Shown here piece after piece: positions 1 through 10,152 of a stretch of 64,000 nt of DNA. A program made the translations under genes and the position numbers. Each line of letters opens with the position of its first letter. The stretch's first letter is position 1. The notes beneath the pieces are model-generated. The model was not told the origin of the DNA and ran no database searches. It was given only the letters and a program-made list of their open reading frames with translations. This DNA comes from a virus, in the IMG/VR virus record IMGVR_UViG_3300027608_000013; one strand, given 5' to 3'.

Positions 1-65
1 AAAATATTATGATGTTCAATAATTTGGATATCGTAACATAATATTATATATTATAAAGGTATAGG

Positions 66-1025
66 ATGAATAAATTAAAAAAATTGTATAAAGACTTCTT
101 TGGATATACGCTTAATGAAGCTGCACATGTACCATCCAATATAATGGATTTTGCTAAAAGAAAAGGGCCATATGTAGTAGCACTTGTTAAGAAAGCGGCT
201 ACGTGGGCAGAGAAATCTGGCAAACAAATTAGTGGTGGCACTGCTATTGGTAAAAATTATAGTACCATTATTCTAGATATTAAATATCAAGGAGCTGAAA
301 TCTATATTAATCTTGATAACGAAACAATTAAATTATTTGGAGAACCGGTTACCGATGCAAAATCATTTGCTCGTGTTTTTAATGGTATTGGTATGTCTAA
401 TTCAGATAATGTAATATTTTCAATTAACGATGAAAAATTAGATGATATATTACGTGCAAATCATGATCGAGAATTAGACTATAAAAAAGATGTAACTGGC
501 GATGTATATTATATTTTACCTAAAAAAGAATTTGATCGATTTATTGATTATGCAGATTCGTCCGGATATGATGTAGATTATGAAAATTCAGAAGATTCGG
601 TAATTTATGTTAGAGAGTCTGACAATAATTTACGGGAACAAACCACTGACGGTGTGTACTTCCGGGAAAATCCAGAACTAGACGAAGCTAAACTTGTTAA
701 TGGTATTGATGAATACCAAGGCGGAGTTGTATATGCAATTAAAGATCCAGCACAAGCACAATCAGTTTCAGATGATATCAAAGCATGGGCTGAAAAAAAA
801 GGTTTTACTATAATTAAACGTACGATATCTAAAAGTGGAAAAAATGGATATTTCTATTTTAGATTAGGAGATGACCCAGAAAAAGATGCACAACGCATTC
901 AAGGTTATTTTGCACAACGTTTAGAATTAGCAGCATTCAAATTCAAAGTACGAGGAGAAGCAAATCCAGCTCGAGAATTACCTGCACCTGAAATGCAAAC
1001 TAAAAGACCAACAAGAAAAATTTAA
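66..1025 (+). CDS. Hypothetical protein, possibly head-associated
   Basis: 319 aa ORF upstream of bS21 and scaffold; contains L-x-E type motifs (TLNE, NLRE, ELDE); no recognisable family. Confidence 0.6.
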   Translation: MNKLKKLYKDFFGYTLNEAAHVPSNIMDFAKRKGPYVVALVKKAATWAEKSGKQISGGTAIGKNYSTIILDIKYQGAEIYINLDNETIKLFGEPVTDAKSFARVFNGIGMSNSDNVIFSINDEKLDDILRANHDRELDYKKDVTGDVYYILPKKEFDRFIDYADSSGYDVDYENSEDSVIYVRESDNNLREQTTDGVYFRENPELDEAKLVNGIDEYQGGVVYAIKDPAQAQSVSDDIKAWAEKKGFTIIKRTISKSGKNGYFYFRLGDDPEKDAQRIQGYFAQRLELAAFKFKVRGEANPARELPAPEMQTKRPTRKI

Positions 1026-1034
1026 AACAGTTAT

Positions 1035-1280
1035 ATGAGTAAAAAAGAAAAACAACACAAATCAATTGTACCTGGCCATGCAACAGCAGTACATGTAGTA
1101 GGAACATTTAGAGAAGATTTTGCACAAGCAATGAAAATTTTTAAACGCAAAGTAAAATCATCCGGAGTTTTAGAAAAAATTAAAGAGAATAAAACTTTTA
1201 CAAAACCAAGTGCTAAACGTAGACAACAATTAAGCGCTGCACGTTTTATTCAATATGTACGAGATTTACACCGCGATTAA
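1035..1280 (+). CDS. rpsU: Phage-encoded ribosomal protein bS21
   Basis: AMKIFKRKVKSSGVLEKIKENKTFTKPSAKRR matches the bS21 pattern (ALxRFKR...F/YxKPS..RR); about 15 aa N-terminal extension. Confidence 0.85.
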   Translation: MSKKEKQHKSIVPGHATAVHVVGTFREDFAQAMKIFKRKVKSSGVLEKIKENKTFTKPSAKRRQQLSAARFIQYVRDLHRD

Positions 1281-1299
1281 TCAATTCTAATTAAAGTTT

Positions 1300-1330
1300 A
1301 AGCCCTAGCCTAAAAAGTTAGGGCTTTTTT
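1300..1330 (+). terminator. Rho-independent terminator after bS21
   Basis: aagccctagc-loop-gttagggctt followed by T run. Confidence 0.8.
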
Positions 1331-1467
1331 ACTGGTTTTTTATTTTTGCTTATATTTATTTGTAGAATACGCTATCCTATCTTATATAGCGTTACACAAT
1401 TTTTATATTCTTATTAAGATTTACAAATAATCTTATTTCCAAAAAACAAAATTTAAGGAGAACTAGT

Positions 1468-2460
1468 ATGGCAAAATCAGATTTGCTAAAACAAGCAATC
1501 GCCGATGCAAAAGCAGTTAAAGAAACAGCATTAGCAAACGCAAAAATTGCATTACAAGAAGCATTTGCTCCAAGACTTGAAAACATTCTATCTAAAAATC
1601 TAATGAAAGAATTAGAAGATGACGAAATGGACATTAACATGGACATGGATGCTGAACCAGAAGCAGGAATGGAAGGTGAAGATGCAGGAATGGGTGACTT
1701 TCCAGAAGAAGTTAACGTTGGATTAGATTTCAACAATGATGGCGATTATGACATAACAGGAATGTTAGGCGGCGCAGAAGAAGAAATGGAAGCTGGAATG
1801 GAAGCTGGTGCCGAAGCAGGAATGGAAGCAGGAATGGAAGCCGAAGAAGATGATCTTAATCTTGAAGAAATTTTAAGAGAATTAGAAGAACCGGTTGATG
1901 CCATGGAAACGGAAGGTATGTATGAACAAGATATGCCAGAAGATGAAATGCCAGTCGAAGGTATGTATAACGAAGAAGAAGATGACATTAATGGAATCAT
2001 TGAAGCAATTTTACGTGAAACTGAAATGACAGATGAACCGGACATGGCAGGAGCAGCTCAAGTAGACGCATTACAACAAGAAAATGCAGAAATGGAAAAA
2101 GACTTGCAAGAAGCATACCGTACGGTTAAACATCTTAAGTCTGTTATCAATGAAGTTAATCTTTTAAATGCAAAACTTCTTTACACAAACAAATTGTTCC
2201 GTAACTTTGACTTGAACGAAGGTCAAAAAATGAAAGTTATTGAAAACTTTGATAGAGCATTTTCAACTAGAGAAGCAAAATTAGTATTTGCTACATTAGC
2301 AGAAAGCTTTAACAAGCCACAACAAAAACGCAAGATGGTAAAAGAATCAGCAGCCTCTAGAGCAATTTCTACGACTGCACCATCTCGACAAACAACGCAA
2401 ATTCTATCTGAAGGTTTCGAAATGGCAAACCGTTGGAAAAAATTGGCAGGATTAATTTAA
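1468..2460 (+). CDS. Prohead core scaffolding protein (gp22-like)
   Basis: Very acidic, coiled-coil, many LxE sites, C-terminal RWKKLAGL; directly upstream of major capsid gene; AAGGAG SD. Confidence 0.75.
   Translation: MAKSDLLKQAIADAKAVKETALANAKIALQEAFAPRLENILSKNLMKELEDDEMDINMDMDAEPEAGMEGEDAGMGDFPEEVNVGLDFNNDGDYDITGMLGGAEEEMEAGMEAGAEAGMEAGMEAEEDDLNLEEILRELEEPVDAMETEGMYEQDMPEDEMPVEGMYNEEEDDINGIIEAILRETEMTDEPDMAGAAQVDALQQENAEMEKDLQEAYRTVKHLKSVINEVNLLNAKLLYTNKLFRNFDLNEGQKMKVIENFDRAFSTREAKLVFATLAESFNKPQQKRKMVKESAASRAISTTAPSRQTTQILSEGFEMANRWKKLAGLI
1786..1842 (+). repeat. 12-nt tandem repeat encoding (M/A)EAG units in scaffold
   Basis: atggaagctgga atggaagctggt gccgaagcagga atggaagcagga atggaagcc. 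Confidence 0.7.
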
Positions 2461-2489
2461 TTTAAAAAAAACAAACAAGGAGAAAAAAA

Positions 2490-4154
2490 ATGAGTTTAAA
2501 TTCATTATTACAAAGTCCTGATAATTCTCAGAGAGCAGCTGCATTAGCAACTGTAAGCAAATGGGAAAGAACAGGATTGTTAGAAGGTCTTAGAAATGAG
2601 ACAGAAAGGGCAGGAATGTCTCAGTTGCTTGAAAACCAAGCAAGACAATTAGTAAAAGAAGCATCACAAACAGGTACCGCAAATGGATCTGAAGAGTGGG
2701 CTGGTGTTGCACTTCCATTGGTACGTCGTATCTTTGCTGAATTTGCAGCTAAAGAATTTGTATCAGTTCAACCAATGAACTTGCCATCAGGTCTAGTATT
2801 TTACTTAGATTTTAAATATGGTACAGCTCAACCAGGATTTGATAATGATAATGATTCTAGAACAGGTGATCCATTTGGTAATCCTAATGCATTAGATTCA
2901 TTGTTCGGTGTTACAACTACTGGTTCAGACGCAGCAGGTGGTCTTTATGGTGCAGGTCGTTTTGGTTATTCAATCAACAACGTAACTACAACTAACTTGT
3001 CAGCAGTTGCAACTACAGCGTCAATCACTGATGCTGGAGATGTAAATTTCGAAAGTGTTTATTCAGCTTCATTGGGTAACTACAAAAAAATTACTATTGC
3101 AATGCCAACTAACAGTGATTTATTTGCAGTTAGAGCATTTACATTGTTATCTGGATCAACTGAAATTATTCCAGTACAAGCATTTTCTAAAATGACATCT
3201 GATTACACAGCATCATTTGTATTAACAACCGCTCAAGCAACTGCAGCTCAAACAGCAAAAGCAGCTTCTGCATTATTTGTACAATACAGTTTACAACCAA
3301 ATGACATAACTAGAGGTGACTTTGAAGATAAAGATCCATTTAAAGGGTCAGGTACTTCAGGTATTAACGTTGGTACGGATATTGATATTCCAGAAATTAA
3401 CTTGGAACTTCAATCAGAACCAATCGTTGCAAAAACACGTAAATTGAAAGCAGTTTGGACACCTGAGTTTGCTCAAGATTTAAACGCTTACCATTCAATT
3501 GATGCTGAAGCTGAATTGACTTCAATGTTATCTGAGTATGTATCAATGGAAATTGATTTAGAGATCTTAGATATGTTGATTTCAGCAGCTCCAACAACTG
3601 AGTATTGGTCAGCATTGAACAACAACATCTGGAATGGTTCAGGATTTACTCAAGCAGCTGCTGGTGCTGTTGGTGCGGCGGGTGATGGATTCTACAACAC
3701 TCAAGGTGGTTGGTTCCAAACTTTAGGTACTAAACTTCAAAAAGTATCTAATAAAATTCACCAAAAAACATTACGTGGCGGTGCTAATTTCTTAGTTACA
3801 TCTCCTGCAGTAGCAACTATTCTTGAGTCTATCCCAGGATTTGCTGCAGACACAGATGGTACTAAAATGGAATTTGCTGCTGGTGTTCAAAAAATTGGTG
3901 CAATCAATAGCCGATACACAGTATACAAAAACCCATACATGTTAGAGAATGTAATCCTTATGGGCTTCAGAGGTAGTCAGTTCCTTGAAACGGGTGCTGT
4001 TTATTCTCCATATATTCCACTTATCATGACTCCATTAGTTTATGATCCAGTTAACTTCACTCCACGTAAAGGTGTTATGACACGTTACGCGAAGAAAGTG
4101 GTTCGTCCTGAGTTCTACGGTAAAGTGTATGTACATGGACTTAACTCTCTATAA
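2490..4154 (+). CDS. Major capsid protein (T4 gp23 family)
   Basis: VSVQPMNLPSGLVF, AKTRKLKAVWTPEFAQDLNAYHSIDAEAEL, YSPYIPL, PRKGVMTRYA motifs. Confidence 0.95.
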   Translation: MSLNSLLQSPDNSQRAAALATVSKWERTGLLEGLRNETERAGMSQLLENQARQLVKEASQTGTANGSEEWAGVALPLVRRIFAEFAAKEFVSVQPMNLPSGLVFYLDFKYGTAQPGFDNDNDSRTGDPFGNPNALDSLFGVTTTGSDAAGGLYGAGRFGYSINNVTTTNLSAVATTASITDAGDVNFESVYSASLGNYKKITIAMPTNSDLFAVRAFTLLSGSTEIIPVQAFSKMTSDYTASFVLTTAQATAAQTAKAASALFVQYSLQPNDITRGDFEDKDPFKGSGTSGINVGTDIDIPEINLELQSEPIVAKTRKLKAVWTPEFAQDLNAYHSIDAEAELTSMLSEYVSMEIDLEILDMLISAAPTTEYWSALNNNIWNGSGFTQAAAGAVGAAGDGFYNTQGGWFQTLGTKLQKVSNKIHQKTLRGGANFLVTSPAVATILESIPGFAADTDGTKMEFAAGVQKIGAINSRYTVYKNPYMLENVILMGFRGSQFLETGAVYSPYIPLIMTPLVYDPVNFTPRKGVMTRYAKKVVRPEFYGKVYVHGLNSL

Positions 4155-4190
4155 TAGTTAATCAATTTAATTATTTAACTAATTAAACAG

Positions 4191-4219
4191 AAAGGGATGG
4201 CTTCGGTCGTCCCTTTTTT
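4191..4219 (+). terminator. Rho-independent terminator after capsid gene
   Basis: aaagggatggc-TTCG-gtcgtcccttt plus T run (cUUCGg loop). Confidence 0.9.
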
Positions 4220-4228
4220 ACTGTACAA

Positions 4229-4237
4229 ATATTTATA
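4229..4237 (+). promoter_or_regulatory. Putative late promoter ATATTTAT(A), representative copy
   Basis: Same motif upstream of genes at 1352, 4229, 5201, 10129, 16724, 19264, 19954, 29097, 30755, 36544, 53611. Confidence 0.6.
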
Positions 4238-4247
4238 TAAAAAGAAT

Positions 4248-4523
4248 ATGGCAGTAGAAAGAACTAAATATTCCATGGAAGTGATTATTCGCTATGATGG
4301 CCGATTAATTGACGTATTAGATAGAATACGTGCAGTGCGTTTAGTATTGATGGTTCATATTGAACAAGACTTAGGTCCAGATAAAGAACGCATTACACTA
4401 AAAATTATGACTCCATATGCTCCCCGAGAAACATTCTTTGCAATTAGAAAAATGTGTTTAGGAAAGATTGAAACACTTAAAGATATGACTTTGCAAGAAT
4501 CGACACTTACAAAATTACACTAA
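4248..4523 (+). CDS. Hypothetical protein
   Basis: ORF-track start 4197 lies inside the terminator; in-frame ATG at 4248 follows the promoter motif. Confidence 0.65.
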   Translation: MAVERTKYSMEVIIRYDGRLIDVLDRIRAVRLVLMVHIEQDLGPDKERITLKIMTPYAPRETFFAIRKMCLGKIETLKDMTLQESTLTKLH

Positions 4524-4538
4524 TTTAAGGATAACACC

Positions 4539-5201
4539 ATGGCAACCAACAAGGAGAAAACTCCACCAAAGACTGATATTAAATATTCAATAACATTATC
4601 AGAAGAACAAAAACAAGCCAAAGCAAAAATTATAGAAACACCATTTAATTTTTTGCTAGGTCAAGCTGGTTCCGGAAAAACATTGTTAGCAGTACAAATT
4701 GCGTTGGACATGTTTTTTAAACGAAAAGTAGATAGAATTATCATAACACGTCCAACTGTTTCAAATGAAGACAACGGATTTTTACCGGGGTCATTGGCAG
4801 AAAAAATGGATCCGTGGTTGGTTCCACTTCGTAGCAATATGCGTAAAGTTTACAGTAAGCCGGAGATATTAGATAAAATGGAAAAGGAAGAAAATATTGA
4901 ATTAGTTTCATTAGCACACTTCCGCGGCCGTACATTTGATAATGCAATTTGTATTGTCGATGAATTTCAAAATTTAACTAAACAACAATTACAAATGGTT
5001 TTATCTCGGTTAGGAAAAGACAGTTTAATGATATTAACGGGAGATCAACACCAAATTGATTTAAAATTTAAAAATGATTCTGCTATACACGATGTACCTA
5101 AAATTAAAGGTTCTAAATTTGTTAATGAAATTATTTTAAAAGATAATCATCGCCATGAATCATTAACAGAAATTTTACGTCTCTTAAATGAATCATATTG
5201 A
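4539..5201 (+). CDS. phoH: PhoH-family ATPase
   Basis: GQAGSGKT, GFLPG, RGRTF, DEFQN, GDQHQID motifs. Confidence 0.92.
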   Translation: MATNKEKTPPKTDIKYSITLSEEQKQAKAKIIETPFNFLLGQAGSGKTLLAVQIALDMFFKRKVDRIIITRPTVSNEDNGFLPGSLAEKMDPWLVPLRSNMRKVYSKPEILDKMEKEENIELVSLAHFRGRTFDNAICIVDEFQNLTKQQLQMVLSRLGKDSLMILTGDQHQIDLKFKNDSAIHDVPKIKGSKFVNEIILKDNHRHESLTEILRLLNESY

Positions 5202-5224
5202 TATTTATATAAAAAGGAATTAAC

Positions 5225-6448
5225 ATGGATTATTCACAAAGTTCACCAATATGGCCTGGCAGTTCGTCATTTACAACTGGCTCAACTCCGTTTGGGTATT
5301 TTGATGCAGATCCAGTATTCCAATCACATGCAGATAAATTTGCAAAATTTTCAGCAAATACAGTTGGTTATCCTATTATGGATGTTGAACTTCAAGCTGT
5401 AAATTTTTATACAGCATTTGAAGCTGCAGTAATTGAATATTCAAATCAAGTTAATCAAGTAAACATTGTTAATAACTTGTCCAATACAGTAGGTATGCAG
5501 ACTGCATCATCACTTATAGGTGCGTCTGGATTAACAGGTAAAGCCGTAGGAACATCATTATCATACATTGTTAAATTAAGCAAGGCATATGGCACTGAAG
5601 CTGAATCGGGTGGAACAGTTCGTTGGCATTCTGCATCCATCGATGTAATTGATGGTATTCAAACATATAGTATTCGTAATGCAGTTTCTTCATCATTAGG
5701 ATTTACATTAAGCAATACTAGTTCAATTGAAGTACGTAGAGTATTGCATCAACCACCACCAGCAATAGTTAGATATTTTGATCCATTTGTCGGAACTGGT
5801 TTAGGATCTCAAGGCTTATTAGATGCATTTGATTTTGGAGGATTTTCTCCTTCTGTTAATTTTATGATGATGCCAATACATGCAGATTTACTTCGAATTC
5901 AAGGAATCGAATTCAATGATATGATTCGCAAGTCGCATTTTTCATTTGATATTCATGGAGATGATATACGTATTTACCCAGTACCAGGAACACAAGGAAC
6001 CAATGCAACTCCGTACTACGGCAAAGTTTGGTTTGAATATTTGTTTGAAGAGCAAAAAAATCAGGAAGCACTTTTATTTGGTAATACAGCCGTTTTAAAC
6101 GGTGTTATAAGTGACGCATCAAATATACCATACACTTATCAACAATATGGGACAATTAATGATATGGGGCGTGCGTGGATATTACGTTACGGCGTTGCGC
6201 TCGTAAAAGAAATGTTAGGCTATGTCCGCAATAAATATTCATCAGTTCCTATACCAAATGGCGAAGTAACACTTAACGGGTCTGATTTAGTATCACAAGG
6301 TCAAACAGAGAAAGGTGAATTGATAACTCAATTACGAGAATTTTTAGATAAAATGACAAAAGAAGCCATGTTGACACGTCAAAATGCAGAAGCAACACAA
6401 ATGAATGAATTGTTAGCAAAAGCACCATTACGTATATACGTTGGATAA
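5225..6448 (+). CDS. Neck protein (gp13-like head-tail adaptor)
   Basis: GYPIMDVEL and WILRYGVALVKEMLG..R.KY..VPIP.GEVTLNG..L motifs; position. Confidence 0.75.
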   Translation: MDYSQSSPIWPGSSSFTTGSTPFGYFDADPVFQSHADKFAKFSANTVGYPIMDVELQAVNFYTAFEAAVIEYSNQVNQVNIVNNLSNTVGMQTASSLIGASGLTGKAVGTSLSYIVKLSKAYGTEAESGGTVRWHSASIDVIDGIQTYSIRNAVSSSLGFTLSNTSSIEVRRVLHQPPPAIVRYFDPFVGTGLGSQGLLDAFDFGGFSPSVNFMMMPIHADLLRIQGIEFNDMIRKSHFSFDIHGDDIRIYPVPGTQGTNATPYYGKVWFEYLFEEQKNQEALLFGNTAVLNGVISDASNIPYTYQQYGTINDMGRAWILRYGVALVKEMLGYVRNKYSSVPIPNGEVTLNGSDLVSQGQTEKGELITQLREFLDKMTKEAMLTRQNAEATQMNELLAKAPLRIYVG

Positions 6449-6459
6449 GGAGAAAAATT

Positions 6460-6981
6460 ATGGCACTATTTGGAGGAATGCGAGATGCAAAATTTTTAGC
6501 TGCCATCAATTCGGAATTAATTAATGCAATTGTAGATACAGAAATTGAATATTTTAAAATTCAAATTGAACAATCAGACTCAAATTTATATGGCGAATCG
6601 GAACGAAAAGCATATTATAATTCTATATTGATTCCATGTTTAATAACAAAAGATGAAAAATCTTCCGCAATGGATGATTATGGTCACACATATACTAGAA
6701 CGGCTAAATTTGCGTTGTCTAGAGATTTGCTAGAAACTATAACATTGTATCCGGAAGTTGGAGATATTATACTTTGGGATAATGAATATTTTGAAATTGA
6801 TAATGTAGATGCAAATCAGTATTTTACCGGCAAAAATCCAGAAACGTGGCCAAATGGAAACAGTCACGGATATAGCGTATCAATTGTAGTTGATGCACAT
6901 GTTACACGACAAACGCCAATGGGAATCAAAGATATCAGACGTGGCGGTGATAACAATTTACCTGCATATAAAGGATTATAA
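6460..6981 (+). CDS. Neck / head-closure protein (gp14-like)
   Basis: SNLYGE, PEVGDIILWDNEYFEI; synteny. Confidence 0.7.
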   Translation: MALFGGMRDAKFLAAINSELINAIVDTEIEYFKIQIEQSDSNLYGESERKAYYNSILIPCLITKDEKSSAMDDYGHTYTRTAKFALSRDLLETITLYPEVGDIILWDNEYFEIDNVDANQYFTGKNPETWPNGNSHGYSVSIVVDAHVTRQTPMGIKDIRRGGDNNLPAYKGL

Positions 6982-8210
6982 TGCCTAAAACAAATAGAAA
7001 TAATATTGATCGTAAAACGAATAAACCAAATCCTTTAAATTCAGAAGGCGGCATATTTAATGACCCTTTAATAAATAGAGCTGATAATGTACGTAGAGAT
7101 GATGATGTAATTCGATCTAAACAGCGAACACTATATGATATTGATTATGCAATAAAATGGTTTATTGACAATGAAATACAACCACAAATTAAAACAGATC
7201 AAACCTTAATTAATGTCCCGGTAATTTTTGCAAATGGAGAAAAAGCTGATAATGTACGTAGATTAGGATATTTACGTGATGAAAAAGGCAAATTGCAATC
7301 TCCATTAATAATGTTAAAACGCAATTCAGTACAAGAACGAGATAACAATAAAACATTGGATGTTAATAGACAACAATCAGGAAATCATTTTATTCATAAA
7401 CAACGTTACAATAAACGCAATAGATATGAAGACGTATTATTTCCAATACCACAAAGTCAGCCAGTAAATTCACAAGAATTATTTGTAATTGATATTCCAA
7501 AATATGTGACATTGGAATACGAAATGTTGTTGTGGTGTGATTTTTCAACACAAATGAATGATTTAGTTGATCAACTATTACCATATAATCGGTACGGTTG
7601 GGGAAATGAAGGAAATAAATATCATGTTTCTATGGGAAGTACTTCGTTCGAAACCGTAAATACAGTTGGCGAAGATCGTTTAGTACGAGCAACAATTCCA
7701 CTTACTGTATTAGGAACATTGTTGGCTGCACAAGAAACTCGAGTTGATACAATTCGCAAAATGTATTCATTAAAAAAAGTATCATTTGATGTTACGATTG
7801 ATGTTGGCGAATTAAATATATTTTCTACAACACAATTACCACAAGCTATTTTACAATATCAAAGCAATTTGTTAAGTGGCGGAACTATAGTTGTAAACGG
7901 TGGCGGCAGCTCATCTACAATTGATGCAAATGCATTTACGTATTTAATTGCAATAACAGAAAAAACAGGCGTATATGTATCATCCACAACTGTAACTATT
8001 ACAGCTTACGCAAAAGCAAATCCAGTAACATTTGCAGTTGCAACCGTAAATGAATTTGATATATACATTAACGGCCAATACATTGATAAAGCTATATATA
8101 CATGGACTCCTAGTGATGTAGCAACCCAAACCATCACGTTTAATATTGCCTTGTTAGGATATGGTATAGATCCTACCGACATGGTAATTATTAAAGGGAG
8201 ATGGCAATAA
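6981..8210 (+). CDS. Tail terminator / sheath stabiliser (gp15-like) with C-terminal extension
   Basis: VPVIFANGE, PLIMLKR, P.YVTLEYEMLLW...QMNDLVDQ; synteny after gp13/14. Confidence 0.65.
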   Translation: MPKTNRNNIDRKTNKPNPLNSEGGIFNDPLINRADNVRRDDDVIRSKQRTLYDIDYAIKWFIDNEIQPQIKTDQTLINVPVIFANGEKADNVRRLGYLRDEKGKLQSPLIMLKRNSVQERDNNKTLDVNRQQSGNHFIHKQRYNKRNRYEDVLFPIPQSQPVNSQELFVIDIPKYVTLEYEMLLWCDFSTQMNDLVDQLLPYNRYGWGNEGNKYHVSMGSTSFETVNTVGEDRLVRATIPLTVLGTLLAAQETRVDTIRKMYSLKKVSFDVTIDVGELNIFSTTQLPQAILQYQSNLLSGGTIVVNGGGSSSTIDANAFTYLIAITEKTGVYVSSTTVTITAYAKANPVTFAVATVNEFDIYINGQYIDKAIYTWTPSDVATQTITFNIALLGYGIDPTDMVIIKGRWQ

Positions 8211-10138
8211 TGAGACAGTTTAAACCTGGTCAATTACAAACAGGATCACTATATCCAATATCAGCAAGTTATGCACTTACAGCATCATATGCGTTAGCAG
8301 CTGGGATTGATACTGGCTCTCTAGTAACGACTGCATCATTTAATGCATTCACTGCATCATATACAACCGGATCATTTACAGGTTCATTTCGAGGTGATGG
8401 TTCTCAATTAACTGGAATTGTTTCTTCAAAATGGACTGGTTCAAATCCTATTTCCCGTCAAAGTGATGTTGAGATTACCGGGTCACTGCGAGTACAAGGA
8501 AGCATCACCGGATCTTTATTTGGAACCGCAAGTTGGGCTACAAACGCAATAACTGCTAGTTATGTTAATCCACTCAATCAAAATGTCATTATAACCGGCT
8601 CAGTATACTTATCAACGCCGGGAGTAGCATCTGTATATTTTTCAGGATCGGCTGCAGCAAGTCGATTGGTGTGGAATGACACTGACGGAACACTAGACTT
8701 AGGTTTAAAGGGTGGTAACGTAACTTTACAAGTAGGTCAAGAACAAGTATTAAGAGTAGTAAATAAAACAGCTACAAACATAAATTTATTAGAAGCTAAT
8801 TACCAAGCGGTAAGGGTAACGGGTGCGCAAGGTCAAAGATTAAAAGTAGATTTGGCACAAGCGACAGATGACGCATTAAGTGCTGAAACTATTGGACTTG
8901 TAACTGAAACAATAAACAACAACCAAGAGGGATTTATAACAACAAGCGGTTTAGTTAGGGGTATTAATACTACCGGGACATTGCAAGGTGAAACGTGGGC
9001 AGATGGTGATGTTGTTTATTTAAGTCCAACAACGGCTGGTAATATTACTAATATTAAACCGGTTGCACCCAATCATTTAATTATAATTGGATTTGTTATA
9101 TCAGCACACATAACACAAGGCTCTATATTTGTTAAAGTAGATAATGGCTATGAAATAGATGAGTTACACAATGTACTAATAACAACCGGATCACTTACAG
9201 CAGGACAGCTATTAGTTAGAAGCGGGAGTAATGCAACCGGTGTTTGGGTTAACACAAATCAACTAACCGGATCATATGGCTTAACTGGCTCATTAACTGC
9301 AACATCGTTTACTGGGTCTTACACGGGAGATGGTTCCGGAATATATAATATACCAGCATCGGGAATAATAGGCTTAAATCTATCTCAAATAGTATCGGGT
9401 AGTGCAACTGCATCTATATCTCCTAATACCGGGTTGCAAGTCAATACAAACGTTACAGCTACGTCATTCACAGGTAGTTTATTAGGTACGGCATCATATT
9501 ACGTGGAAACAGATCCAGTATTCACTGCAATATCCGGGTCATTTGTTACTACATCGTCATTTAATACATTTACTAGTTCAATACAAGGACAAGTTAATTC
9601 ATTAACCGCAGCAACATCAAGTTACACGTTAAATAGTGTTACCGCATCAATGTTAGCACCTTATGTATTAACTTCACAAACCGCATCAATGACGGTGTTA
9701 AGTGCATCATATGCGGCAACAGCTTCATTTGTAACATCAAGTAACGTTGTAGGAACAGTAACATCAGCTTCATATGCATTAACGGCATCTTACCTAGAAG
9801 GTGGTGTAACAATTGACACTGGTTCTCTAGTTACCACTGCATCATTTAATGCATTTACCTCATCCTACGCCACCGGATCTTTTACTGGAAGTTTCACCGG
9901 CGATGGATCAGGCCTGACAGGAGTTGGAGCAGCAGAATACATTCGCAGAAGCGATTATACCGGATCTGCAGATCCAAATGTCAATTTACTATATTTAGGA
10001 CAAGCACCTGCAGGTTCTTCAGAAGCAGCAACGGTTTGGAATATCGCAAGGCTGTCCATATCATCATCAGGTGATACTTTAACACAATCAACCGCAAGTG
10101 CTGCGTGGACCAATAGATACTCATATACATATTTATAA
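8210..10138 (+). CDS. Tail/collar fibre-like structural protein with TGSF/TASY repeats
   Basis: S/T/G-rich, repeated TGSFTGSF.GDGS and ASYA motifs; start at 8210 (TAATG overlap) preferred over 8201. Confidence 0.65.
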   Translation: MRQFKPGQLQTGSLYPISASYALTASYALAAGIDTGSLVTTASFNAFTASYTTGSFTGSFRGDGSQLTGIVSSKWTGSNPISRQSDVEITGSLRVQGSITGSLFGTASWATNAITASYVNPLNQNVIITGSVYLSTPGVASVYFSGSAAASRLVWNDTDGTLDLGLKGGNVTLQVGQEQVLRVVNKTATNINLLEANYQAVRVTGAQGQRLKVDLAQATDDALSAETIGLVTETINNNQEGFITTSGLVRGINTTGTLQGETWADGDVVYLSPTTAGNITNIKPVAPNHLIIIGFVISAHITQGSIFVKVDNGYEIDELHNVLITTGSLTAGQLLVRSGSNATGVWVNTNQLTGSYGLTGSLTATSFTGSYTGDGSGIYNIPASGIIGLNLSQIVSGSATASISPNTGLQVNTNVTATSFTGSLLGTASYYVETDPVFTAISGSFVTTSSFNTFTSSIQGQVNSLTAATSSYTLNSVTASMLAPYVLTSQTASMTVLSASYAATASFVTSSNVVGTVTSASYALTASYLEGGVTIDTGSLVTTASFNAFTSSYATGSFTGSFTGDGSGLTGVGAAEYIRRSDYTGSADPNVNLLYLGQAPAGSSEAATVWNIARLSISSSGDTLTQSTASAAWTNRYSYTYL

Positions 10139-10152
10139 TAAAGGAATATGTT

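Noticed and set aside
1281-1467. Possible ncRNA or tRNA in the longest intergenic region
   Set aside because: Explained by terminator, promoter motif and AT-rich leader; no cloverleaf or recognisable RNA motif by eye. A covariance search was not run.
4197-4247. ORF-track upstream starts at 4197, 15119, 40520 and 61047
   Set aside because: They fall in a terminator or overlap upstream genes; downstream ATGs fit paralog alignment or coupling better.
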